Positions 52,301 to 63,149 of a DNA stretch of 64,000 nucleotides are shown here, in pieces. The notes beneath the pieces were generated by a model that searched no databases, was not told where the DNA came from, and saw only the letters and a program-made list of their open reading frames with translations. The number at the start of each line of letters is the position of its first letter. Position 1 is the first letter of the stretch. The position numbers and the translations under genes are program-made. Origin of the DNA: Lama guanicoe (Eukaryota); NCBI GenBank assembly GCA_013239625.1, contig MU055785.1, positions 622,001 through 686,000 of the forward strand, written 5' to 3'.

Positions 52301-54179
52301 ACTGGACTGGCTGATGTGAACAGAATCACTTCTACATGGACAGACTTAACCCTCAACTGTACTCAGCTTGGCACGGTGCTGACTCTGGGGACTCTGGGTC
52401 ACCCAGGGGACCTGACATGGAATTCAGGGTATGCCTGCCCCAGGGTCGTTTACTGAGCATCTGTGGATGGTCGGCAGCCCCCCTGCCTTTCTGAGCTCAC
52501 CGGCCATTCCAGACCCCAGGGGCAGAAAAGCCCACACACCAGTGTCTTCCTTCCTACTCTTGTGTGTGCTCCAGAGATGCGTGGACCAGCGGGACACAGG
52601 GTTCTCACAGAATGGCTTTGCAATCACTTCCCCAAGCTCGCACACCATAGGACAATACTCTGAATTAGAGGAAGGAGTCATTGTATACTTAATGAACAGA
52701 GGTGAGCACTGGTGGCGCTGTATGTGTTACAGTTAAGACACAAACAACAGTTAAATTCCTAGCAGGGCAGAACCATTGGCAAATGCAAGTTTGCTGTTTA
52801 TAGTTTCACTGTACAGGAAGTCACCGCAGTAATAATTACAGCTACCACGCGCTGAGCACCTGTGAGGAGGTAGGTATGCTATGCACGTAAATTTTAAATT
52901 CCACACTGTCAGTGGTACCAATATTTGATGCCCATTATAAAGATTAGGGGCATGTGATGCCCATTGTCAAGATTAGGAAACTGAGGCTTGGAAGTTGACG
53001 GTGAAGGTTCTCAGTAAAGTTGCTGAACTGGGTTTAGAAGCCAGGTCTATCTGGCTCCAAAGCAAATATTCTTTCCATAAAATGCACTGCCTCCTGGTGC
53101 AGGATGATTATTTTCTTAGCTTAAAACAGACCCAAATCTTGATAAATATCAGTATGTGAAAATACTGATTGAGTCTTGGTGTTTGCTATGAACTGTAAGA
53201 TAGGAAATTCTAACCTAGGCACTGAGATCCAACATGAGTCTGGATGACTTAAGGTTAGACAAACAAGATGGCCAAAGTGACAAAAAAAAACCTGGCCCCA
53301 CTGCTAGTTGCTTTGACCTGTTGTTCTGAGTCAGAGGCCTTTCCAGCTCCTATTCAGACCTGGGCTGCCTGTCCAAGAAGTGCCCGGAGAGGTGACCCAC
53401 CAACTACAAAGATGCACTTGTACGCAGGAGCTTCCACTTTCCAAACTGCCTTCAGTTTCAGAGTCAAGCCAACTAAGAAAACCTGTCTTATTACTGTGTA
53501 GGCATCTCTTGTTTGCTTTTGGACCTCCATGAATACTCGGTTTGATCTCCACTTTACCACCTCTGTCTACTTCCAAAATCCAAATCCAACATTCAAGAAT
53601 AAAGACTTCCTACTCTGGTACCTGCCCAGAGCTCGCAAAGAAATTCCCCAAATGAGAGTTTTCCAAATGCTCGGAGAAATGACAGACTAGGTATACAGCA
53701 CCCCAAGGTGGTTATTTTCCAGGGCACAACATTTGGCTCTAAGGTGTTCTGGTGCATTTGTTAGAAAGTCATCCTGTAACCTGAAGTCTGCAGTGAACAG
53801 AGTAGGAGATCTTTACATCTGAACAGGGCGCTTCTGACCTTCTCACACAGACACACGTGGTCCAAGGGCCACGCGCTCCCAGCACTATTGGGAAAACACG
53901 TGTGGCCTGCCTACTCAAGAAAAGAGCCTTGATGTGCAACTGTCATGACAAATCTGGGCTCCACTACTTTCTCTGGCCTTGAAAACCAGCAGGGTGCTCA
54001 CCACCAGTCACAGAAGGTTCCTCTGTCGCACAGAAAACAAGTCCCAGGGTAAGAGCGTCAATTTAGAGCCATCACCTGCATGCTTGTGGGGATGCTGAAG
54101 ACTTCGCTGGCCTTGAGGGCTGCTCCCCTGTTGTAAGAAGAGGGCCGCTCCTTTCACCATGAAAAAGCTCTCACTTAAG
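27102..54179 (-). CDS. SSH1: Slingshot protein phosphatase 1, spliced CDS span (canonical exons 3-15; exons 1-2 outside the window)
   Basis: 13 AG/GT-bounded exons (104,65,122,69,66,195,94,129,47,147,201,568,1251 nt) with compatible phases. They translate from LSESFFMVKGAALFLQQ through HCKMGVSRSAS to NLKSPSWTSKS*, matching recalled SSH1 (SSH-N, DEK_C and DSP domains, Ser-rich tail). Confidence 0.98.
31044..31161 (+). mobile_element. tRNA-derived SINE (Vic-1-like) in SSH1 intron 14
   Basis: A-box tagctcagtggtag, B-box gggttcaatccc; 13-bp TSD caatttcttcaag at 31026-31038 and 31162-31174. Confidence 0.9.
31540..31759. other. Assembly gap (220 N) at the GC-rich start of SSH1 intron 14
   Basis: Run of N with G-rich flanks. 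Confidence 1.
31773..32340 (-). CDS. SSH1: SSH1 exon 14 (KQRHNKLWRQQ...KRKCPNDFE)
   Basis: Acceptor ctcag|C and donor GAG|gtagg; 568 nt. Confidence 0.96.
34336..34536 (-). CDS. SSH1: SSH1 exon 13, with catalytic HCX5R motif (HCKMGVSR at 34488-34511)
   Basis: Acceptor tgcag|G and donor AG|gtggg; 201 nt; dual-specificity phosphatase signature intact. Confidence 0.98.
36047..36193 (-). CDS. SSH1: SSH1 exon 12 (VDYILNVTREIDNFFPG...EAYHFINKA; DSP domain)
   Basis: Acceptor tgcag|T and donor AA|gtaag; 147 nt. Confidence 0.97.
37666..37712 (-). CDS. SSH1: SSH1 exon 11 (GSEWNASNLEELQGS)
   Basis: Acceptor cccag|GGC and donor GG|gtgag; 47 nt. Confidence 0.95.
40131..40259 (-). CDS. SSH1: SSH1 exon 10 (IRNELEKQMNCNLKEFKEFIDNEMLLILGQMDKPSLIFDHLYL)
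   Basis: Acceptor ctcag|ATC and donor CTC|gtaag; 129 nt. Confidence 0.97.
40946..41039 (-). CDS. SSH1: SSH1 exon 9 (PTEGERTERLIKAKLRSIMMSQDLENVTSKE; DEK_C domain)
   Basis: Acceptor tccag|G and donor GAA|gtaag; 94 nt. Confidence 0.96.
42134..42328 (-). CDS. SSH1: SSH1 exon 8 (SALQVLHKACEVARRHNYF...RPDSPALFVD)
   Basis: Acceptor cccag|G and donor AA|gtgag; 195 nt; within ORF 42130..42405. Confidence 0.97.
43885..44765 (+). mobile_element. LINE-1 3' end (L1MB-like) in SSH1 intron 7
   Basis: gaacagatatttctccaaagaagatacacaaatggccaataagcacatgaaaag...ttctggaaatggacagtggtgg...taaatttcacattacg. Confidence 0.85.
44880..44945 (-). CDS. SSH1: SSH1 exon 7 (GFSVSTAGRMHVFKPVSVQAM)
   Basis: Acceptor ctcag|T and donor TG|gtaag; 66 nt. 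Confidence 0.96.
45947..46015 (-). CDS. SSH1: SSH1 exon 6 (KSCTIGMVLRLWSDTKIHLDGD)
   Basis: Acceptor cgtag|C and donor GG|gtaag; 69 nt. Confidence 0.96.
49969..50090 (-). CDS. SSH1: SSH1 exon 5 (AVRLESAWAERVRYMVVVDSSGRQDTEESILLGVDFSSKE)
   Basis: Acceptor tctag|GCC and donor AG|gtgag; 122 nt. Confidence 0.96.
50545..50609 (-). CDS. SSH1: SSH1 exon 4 (GDLPQHLQVMINLLRCEDRIKL)
   Basis: Acceptor caacag|GG and donor CTG|gtaag; 65 nt; not in the ORF track. Confidence 0.96.
54076..54179 (-). CDS. SSH1: SSH1 exon 3 (LSESFFMVKGAALFLQQGSSPQGQRSLQHPHKHA)
   Basis: Acceptor ttccccag|C and donor G|gtgat; 104 nt. Confidence 0.97.
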
Positions 54180-57100
54180 CTGGGGAAGAATAAAAACCAG
54201 AGCACAGTTAGGCGGGCGTTCAGAGGAAAACGGGCACAGACGGGCTGCAAAGGAAAAGCGGGGGAGTGGCATGGAAAACGCAAATGGTGGATCAAAGAGC
54301 TTTCATGGGAAATTCACAAGGTACTCTCCCCACACCTCTGCAACAAACAAGCCTGGGGAGTCTGCAATAAACTAACGCTTCGAATGAAAACACGCCAGGG
54401 TCTGTGTGGGCTCCTCCAGAGCCAAGAGCCCCATCCTGCAGGACATTGTAAAGGGACCTCCCTGTAATACAACATCTTCCAGAAACAGAGACCAGCTCTC
54501 TGCTGAGGAGAGGGTGGGTCCCACTGTGAATTTTTCATACTCTTGCTCTTTGTTTCTAAGTCTCTGAACCCTTAACCAAACCTCGCTGCTTCTTGGTGTC
54601 TTCCTTTTACAGAAGGAAGATGAAATTACACGTTCACTATTTACAACTTAAGAAGAGTGGGTGGCTGCTGACCAATAACTCGGTCAGGGTTGCTGTGGCA
54701 AACCTCAGGAAATCAATCAATTTCTCAGCAGAATGAACCTTTGTTATTTTTAACTAGCAATAACATGTATATCCAACCTATAATTTAAAAATTACGAGAA
54801 AATTTTCTTTTTCACAATTTGGCTATCAAAAAAATCTTTGGTTTATGTAGAAATTAAGACCCTATAAATTGAGAAACTGTATTAGCTATGAACTACTACC
54901 AATTATTTAAAAATATCATCAACTCTGAAAACTGCCCATAAGACATACCGAGATAATTCACAGTTTTTTGAAGGGTTGTATCACCTCTAATTATCTTCTT
55001 TCTTCTTAGCATCTTCCCAATTTACTCTCTTGAGCACCTATTAGCTTTTGTAAATGATTTTTTAACTTCTGAAGTAATGTAAAACAGGTACTACACCTTA
55101 TCCAGGAAAAGACATTTCATTTTTATTAATTTTGTGGAAAGAAGATCAAAGTTCAAATGATAGAATGATAGAGGCAGAGTGTTCATTCACTCTCTCGAGC
55201 AACCAATGAACAGATAATGATTTGAAGGGAAAATCTCTAAGAAAAAGCAGCCTCCCCCTTTTTTTTTAAATAGAAAACAAATCAATTTCTGACAGAAAGA
55301 CAAGGATGTTTTCTGTAATATAAAACAGCAAGGTCACCTCTGCCCTGACAGCTAATGTTAGTAGCTAAAATGTTCTCATCTTGCAATAAAAAAAACTCAG
55401 CTGAGTCTAAAAAAAAATCTAACTCTAGGGCTAAGAAAACTCACCACGTGGACTAGCATTTAAGTCAGCAGCTCCTGGAATCAGAAAAACCGATTATCTT
55501 CTCTACTACCGAGTCTACAATAAAAATCTGTTCACTTTTCTGGTTGAATTCTCAGGGTAAAACATCGTGACGGTTCAAATGTCAACGAATGAGGTTTTAG
55601 ATCTGCCTCTGAATCACTGACGCCCAGTTTTATCTGCTCCCCACACGGACACCTGACGTCCGACCAGCACTTCTTCATCTCTTATTGTATGAGTCCTGCC
55701 AAGCCATCCTTTCCACTCTGTGAACCGTGTATCCGTGCGGCAAGTTTCAAGTGCCAAGGAGCCCAGGGTGATAAATAACAGGGAAAATGAGAAGCATCTT
55801 TTTCTCTGAGTTGCACTCACCCACAGGAGGCAGAAAGCTCCTTAGCATCCACTGGCCCATTGAAAATCCAGGCTGTCTACTTTCAGCAAACTGCAGGATC
55901 ACCCGACGCTTTTCTACCCCTAAACATATCACCCACCCCTTCCTTAAAACCTTACAGCCGAGTCTGTTATCTGAACTATTCTGTTTTAGACACACACGGG
56001 TCACTTACTACTTATCGCCACTGGAGAGAGCTGCCCAAGGGATCCCAAGAATTCATGAAACTACAAATGACATTGAGTTCATCGAAGCAGCTGGGGGAAA
56101 AAAATCTTTTGCAAGGCATCGTCAACCTCTTTTTGTTTGAGTTTGAAAAAAAAAAAAAGGGGGAAAAACAAATCCGTACCGACCAGAAACCCGAGCCCTC
56201 TGGAAACAGCCAGCCACTGACGGGGGTGACCTTTGCCTTGGAAATCACGGGCAGAAATCCCCCCTGGTTTCCCCTTACACTTCCTTTGGGGGAAAAACAA
56301 AAAGGGAACAATGCAAAGGGATAGGCTGGTTTTACCCTGTGATCACTTCCAAGGTCAGGGTTCCTTGGTGTTCCTGAGGCTGACGCAGAATCAGAGCCTC
56401 TAGGCTACACACGAAGTCGGGGGCGGTGTGGGCGGGGGCCTGGGAACACTGCCTCTGTGCCCCCTCCCGAAGTCGTTTACTGTAAAGGACGAGATCTGAC
56501 GCTGCGGGGAAGCCCATACAGCATAGTATCCCAGGCCCATGGGATGGCCCTGTGTCTGGGGAGACGAATCCGGCAGCAGGGTAACGGTGCTCGATGACTT
56601 GGGGCCAAGCGACCAGAGCGCGGCAGTCATGGGATTGATGAAAACAAGACGCAGACACTCTTGGTGAGCCTGTTTCCTCTGTTCTGAGCTCACTCTGGGT
56701 CCAGAGCCCCATGTGCCCTCTGGGCAGCCAATGTGAACACTCTCTTCTGCTGCCAGGGCTCTAGGGGGTTCTCTTTGCCAGGCCTCTGATACTGAGAGGT
56801 ACGGGACCCCGACGCATTGGGGTCTCATGAAAACCCCGCGGGGGAAGGAAGGTCTTTATAAATCCATTTCGGGGATGGCACTGGTACTTTACTAGGTTCT
56901 TGGGCCAAGGAAACCAACCCACAAACCACCCATCCCAGCAACAACCAAATCAGCCTTCTCCCCAAAGATGCTGGTGTCCCAAAGAGAGCCACCGAGATGC
57001 CAGAAAGTCTAACCCATGCAAACAAAACGCAAATGTTTTCCTCAGTTGTCGCTTCAGGGAAAATCTTGACGGGGGATTAAGAACAAGGTCAGCCCCTGCC

Positions 57101-57320
57101 CCCCATCACTCCCGTCCTCACCACTTTTATCTCTGCAGAACAGACATGTCTCAGACTCGGGTGACGGCCGTTTTAGATAACCCAGGACTGTCACTTCTAC
57201 AGGGCACTGCAGACAGACAGGATCCTCAAGAAAACCCCAGCCCTCAGAGCAGAAACAGCCAGTGTCATCTGGAAACCCACACCTGGGAGGCAAAGAGAAA
57301 CTGCGGGTGGCAATACGTAC

Positions 57321-57406
57321 GAATTTGGCCTAGGAACCTCTGAAGAGCAGAAGTAGTGAGCTGGCCGGAGGGAGATGCAGAAATCAGTCAAGCAGAAAAG
57401 GTCCAT
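57321..57406 (-). CDS. SSH1: Candidate alternative first coding exon of SSH1 (MDLFCLTDFCISLRPAHYFCSSEVPRPN-S)
   Basis: ATG in strong context (gtcATGG), 28 codons + 2 nt, then donor TC|GTACGT. Phase 2 matches exon 3 (C TTA AGT). The peptide resembles my recollection of an alternative human SSH1 N-terminus (...TDFCIFLQPTHCFCCPEV...). Confidence 0.7.
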
Positions 57407-59112
57407 GACTGCCGTGGTCACATCTTGAACGGCCCCCAGCTCCTGCCTTCCACGCCTGCCCTCCGGAGAAGGAGGAAAGTTTGAGAAAGAGGCTGGAGCC
57501 CTCCAGCGGGGACGTGCCCTCCTCCGGGTGGCGTGCCCACCCGGACGGCAAATGGCTCTGGTGGAACTCTTGTCTTCCCCTGATACGTGGGTTTAAAAAG
57601 GCCCTTGTGCTTGCATATCCCGATGAAAGGGGGCCATTCAGAGGGAGCAAAACAGCTGAAGTTCCTCTAATCACTTTCCTCCTACGGCTTTTCTGTAGGC
57701 CCCAGGAACAGGCAATAGGGTGTGTATTAGAAATTGCGAGGAGAAACAGCTGGCGGCCCAGTAACCAGCCCCGAGCAACGAGAACCCCATTCTTGTTCAA
57801 ATCGACATACTAAACGATTTCTATTTCTTTCAAATCACCATCCATTCACCCAGCAGTGACCGTGGGCAGCTGCCACGGTTATTCGGTATTTTCAGAAGCA
57901 CAGTTACATTCTGGAAATGTTTCTGTCATGCTAATCGCCCCCCGAGGAGGCAAATCTGGGGTTGGGCGGGGGATGGCACTCCAGGTAGAGGGAACCTTGT
58001 GCGTGCGTGCACACACACGGAAGGTGCACTGAGAACCTCATGCAAGGGCCGCAGGGCGGGCTGCTGAGGGGAAGCAGGTGCAGGACTGGGAGGACCTGGG
58101 ACAGGGCCCTAGAACCCACCCCGAAACCCACCAAGCCGAGAGCAGGCTGTGTTTTCATGATTCTCTCCGCAGATGAAATAAATTAAGGATGATACTAACC
58201 ATCACGCAGGGCAGGATGGGATGAGAACCCTAAGAGAGGAACCCTGCAGGGTTCGGAAGAGGGCAGAGAGAGCGACTAACTGGTGGGTTCTGGAACATTC
58301 TGTGAAGAGAGGGGCACTGAGGAGACTTCTGGGAGGGCCTCGTCTGGAAGGTTCCTCCAGCTCCCAAATGACTGATTAATCCCCATAAGAGGATTAAGTG
58401 AAACACATACTACAAATATTCTTATATTGCAGCTAAGCAAACTACAGTCACAGGAGCGTGGTCTGTACGAGATGGGACAAGACCCCCATCTCTCGGGCCC
58501 ACGCCCCCCTCCTTAACCTGGGATGGACTCGCCCCTGCCCATCCAGAGTAAAATTCAGAGAGGAGACCCTGCGGCCACCTCTGCCCGTGCCCACCCTGAC
58601 GGCTGAGAAGTCGGGACACAGCCCGTCCTCGGTCCTTCGTCCCAGCGTGCGAATGCATCATGCACAGGACAGAGAGAAGGAAGGATGCAGTGAGACACGC
58701 TCAGGAGGAGAAGCCCCGGCGTGAGCCCTGGGGACAAGCAGAGGGCTGGGGGGACCACCGCCACCACCCGCCCACTGCCACCATCAGTTAAGGAACAGGA
58801 CACATCACTAGGTCTTTCTGGACTGAACGGGACGCCTGGGGGTTAGTTCTTGGAGCGGCACAGCCACGCTGGTCAAGGAGCTGCTTCTCACCAACAGCTC
58901 CGCTGCTGACTGAGCACCGGCCCCGTGGCAGAGGCGGGACCGGGCTCTCAGCCATGCCACAGCATCAAACTCCCCAGCCCTGCAGGGAAGGCCTTCTTCC
59001 CTCTCCCTGACAAATGAAGGAAGCCAGTCCAGCTCCTAAGAGCATCCCGGGGAACCTCCTTTTTAACAAACTCCCTTAGTGACTCTAGCGCACGTCAAAG
59101 TTTAAGAAAATG

Positions 59113-59361
59113 GTGGGGGGGGGAGATAAATTGGCAGTCTGAGATCAGCAGATACAAACTACTACACACAGAATGAATAAACAAGGCCCTACTGTATAGC
59201 ACAGGGAACTATATTCAATAGCTTGTAATAACCTATAATGGAAAAGCATATGAAAGAGAATATACATATGTATAATCAAATTATTATGCTGTACACCAGA
59301 AACCAACACAACGTAGTGAATCAACTCTACTTCAATTAAAAAAGAAACAAATAAAATAAAA
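59113..59361 (+). mobile_element. Short L1 3' UTR fragment with A-rich tail
   Basis: ctactgtatagcacagggaactatattcaatagcttgtaataacctataatgg; same family as 11723-12010. Confidence 0.85.
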
Positions 59362-59759
59362 TGTCATCATCACATTCCTAACGTTTATGAGTGGCTGCCA
59401 GGACTTTGAAATAAAATTTTAAATACTGCCTGCCCTCTAAAAAAAGAAAAGAAAATACACTGGTCTGGGAATCCCTATTTCTGGGTTCTAATGGATTGTC
59501 TATTTATACACGTTTTGTGATATTCACTTACAAGGTTCTGTTCATTCAATCTAACAGCCAAGTATTTGCAGACTAAGGAGGACCGTGCTAAGCCTGCCCA
59601 AGCGTTGACAGGGCAAAGATAATGATCTGATCCTCTTTAAAGGATGGGTATGTGTCGGGGCAGTTTGGGTGTGTGCCGTGCCACTTAGAAACATAACTCC
59701 TCGGGAAAGGGAAATGTGAGGTGCAGAAACATCACGCTACAGAATACTATGCTGACGCC

Positions 59760-59937
59760 CCTCATCTCCAACTGGCTATACATCTGAAGAACCTACAAGA
59801 CTCCTAAAACATATTCATGCCCAGGTCTCACGTCAGCCAATTCTAACTTGGAGGGTCGGCAATGAGTCTTGGGCGTCTGCTTTTTGAAAAGTTCCGAAAG
59901 TGCTTCTGATGCACAGTTACTGTTAAGAAGCCCTGAA
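59760..59937. mobile_element. MER5A-like hAT-Charlie remnant
   Basis: gcccaggtctcac...tttttgaaaagttcc...tgcttctgatgcacag...gttaagaagccctg. Confidence 0.6.
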
Positions 59938-62718
59938 CTTAACAACGACAGAAGACACAGAGAAAATTGGCTCCCCTCGTGGCCTACACAAGGATACCTT
60001 ACGCACAGTAGGTACACGATAAATGTTTCTGCTGGTGAAAGACAACAATAAAAACACGCGATCCCTTGGAAGGAAATTAACAGAATTAGATGCAATGACA
60101 GGAGGTCAGGTTGGGTCAAAAAAAAAAACCAAAAACCCAATACCCTCCTTGGAAGCAGCAAAGCCGGTTAGCAGGTAACTGCACGTGCCCATCTTCTACC
60201 AAAGACTTTCAGACTCACAGGTGTTCCTGCCCTTGAAAGGCAGCCCTGAGTTACAATAGGGGGTGACAGCGATACCTCTGCTAAGTTCCACTGCTGACAA
60301 AGCACTCTGGTTACTGTCAGCCCACGTGCTCATCACGAAACTCTTCAATGTGGACTGAGTAGGCACTATTATACTCATTTTACAGATGAGGAAACAGGAA
60401 GTTACTTAACTGGTTATGATGTTAGGATTTCTGACACTGCATCTCACAAAAAAGAGAGAGAGAGAAAAAAAAACCCACAGAGAATATCAGCCTATATTAT
60501 AAGTTCCAAAAAGGGTCCAAACTGACTGGACTGGTTGAAACGAACTGAACAACTCTTGCATGGACAGAATTAATCTTCAATCTGCACAGTGATTACTGAG
60601 TAGACTGTGGTTGGTCCAGTGGACTTGACGATAACTCTAAGGGAAAAAAAATGGAATGCACGTAAAGCTGTCACTACAGAAAAGGTGGTGCCCATGAACA
60701 CTCCCAAGAGGAGGTTCCAGTAATTTCATTTAGGTTAACAAATACTGACTGTGCCTCCACGGCGCCGGGTCAGTGCTAAGCCCTGGGGATTCAGAAATGA
60801 AACAGACCCGGTTTCTGCCCTAGAGCAACATTACAGACACAGGGCAGTGATGCAGGGTAACGCAGCAGGCCCCAAGATGCAGGAGGGTACAGGGTACCAG
60901 AGATGCACACACAGAGACACACTCAGGAGGGATGCCCAGCCTGGCCTGGGGATCCAGGGAGATCCCCCTGAAAGAAACCCCACCAAGCTGGGCCTTGAAG
61001 GACCAGTAAACAGAGACAAAGAAAGTGGTGAGCAGGAGAGTAGGAAGATTATGTAAGTTTACTCTACAGCAAACAGGAGGATTTGGTCTCTGTTGTAAGA
61101 GGCCCCACTGGCAATTTATCAATGTCTATTCGGGTTTATAAGTCAGTTCCTTATAAGTCTGGTTAATAGGAGTTGATTCCTCAGAGCTCGATCATGCCTG
61201 GGTGAACTAATGCTCAACTTTCAGAATGTGAGAGCTGAGCACCAAACCTTGGGCTTGTGGTTGAGCCATAAGTTCTTGGCACCCAAATGCCTGGTGCCCC
61301 ATAGGCACTCAATGAGTGTTGTTTTAAATAAGTCAATGGTACCTCTAATCTGAATGGAGCTTTATAACTGACAGACAGCTTGCCCCCTATGTTTCTTCAC
61401 TTAATTCTTACAACTCCACTCTTTGGATGGAAGAACCGAAACAAAGATAAATGGTGTGTCTGTGGTCACTTGGCTAATAAGGGGCAGGACAGGATGGACA
61501 GGCTCCAAGTTCAGGGCTCTCCCTCCAGAATCCTCAGGTCAGAAGGCAGGATGGTCTGACTTGCGGGACCAGAAGCAACAGGTAAAGCTGGATGGATGCA
61601 GGTCTACCTCAAAACCGCCACTGGTGATGGCTGAGGTGGATTCAAAACCCCACTCCTGGTTTTGATAAGGATGAAAAGGAGAGCGAAGACTTACTATCTG
61701 GAGTCAGTTCAGCAGCCTGCAGGTGGAGATGGGAAACTCTCTCCACTGCTCTCGCACGGACACATCCCTCATTTTGAATTTGAGGTCACAAGGCCCAAAG
61801 ACCCCAAGCTGTACCAAGGCCTTCTTATTTTAATTTTGTGCTTTACAGGCCGATTCAGCAAGGCCTTATCCCAAACACTGTCCTCCGGGCCTCAGCAAAC
61901 AAACCACTCACCTGACAGGCCTATCGGCCGGAGCCCCGCCAGTGCTCCCCTCCACACATAACGCTGAGAATGGGGAAATTCCAGCTCTGCAGGACGTGAG
62001 ACTCAGGGAACGGGGTCACGGGCAAGAAATGCTGGCGGGGCTCGGTACAAACGTCTGTGCTGCTGGGGCATGTATTGTTTGGCTAGAAGGCGTAGGCTTC
62101 GCTCAGAGAGAAGGAATGTCCAGAAGTATTTTGGACAGTTAGAGGCATTCTCTGGAGCCAGCTACCCAGCTCTCCTTCACACCGACGGGTGGGAGCAAGA
62201 AGCTGAAAGCACCAGCAAGCCTGCAAAAGCAGGATTCACACTCACCCCCTGCATAAATAAGCCAGCAAATCCCGTGCCTTGACATGGCTCCACACACCTT
62301 AGGAGAGCTCCTTGACCTTCAGGCCCCAGCTAAGAAGCTGGAGCCAGTGCCGTCTCCCTCTGTACAGCTGGTATACCAGGACCGAAGCCCCCTTCGTGGG
62401 GGCAGAGGGAGGAAGGCTGCCTGCCTTGTGCAAGAGATATGATGGCAGCCATGACAATCTAGCCTGCCAGAAACAGCGGGCACATGAAGGAAATATTTTT
62501 GCAGCAAGTCAAAAATTCCAAGAACAGACTGATTGTCTCAATTGTCCCAGGTTCTTAGCCCTGTCTTTGGGATGCAGTCCCCTCCCATGTTCAAGAGTCA
62601 CCAAGTCCTGCTGTTTCCAGGGTGCCCCTTCCTTCCTTGTCCCCCATCCCTGTGAGCCAGGCAACACCCACTCACTGTGTGCCCGGCTCTGTGCTGGGTA
62701 CTCAGTGTCCCTGAGGGG

Positions 62719-62911
62719 CAGTGCTGTCCAGGACAAAGGACTCTCCACCTTCACCATCCAATATGGCATCCACTAGCCACAGGGGCCTATGTTCTGAACA
62801 CCTGAAATAAATGTGGTGAGTGTGACCGATGAGCTGAATTGGTCACTTTATTTCATTTTAATTAAACCTGAATTAGCCACGTGCGGCTAGCAGCTATGAT
62901 ACAGGACAGCA
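62719..62911. mobile_element. MER3/MER33-like hAT-Charlie remnant
   Basis: Inverted ends gtgctgtcc / ggacagcac; internal tccaatatgg...cactagccac and gcggctag. Confidence 0.6.
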
Positions 62912-63149
62912 CACTTCCCAAGCTCTGCATTCAGCTGTCAGATTTTTAGGTCCTGCACAGCTTCTAGTCTCATCGATCAATCATTCCCTCCAATTACTGT
63001 TCACCCGGGTTAAATTGCTTGGTAAACACCTCATTTAAATTCTTTAAAAATTGAAACTGACCTACAACACTGTTAGTTTCAGGCACACAACAGAGCGATT
63101 TGCTATTTCCATGCATTGCCAGATGATCACTACCCGCCTCGGTTTCAAA

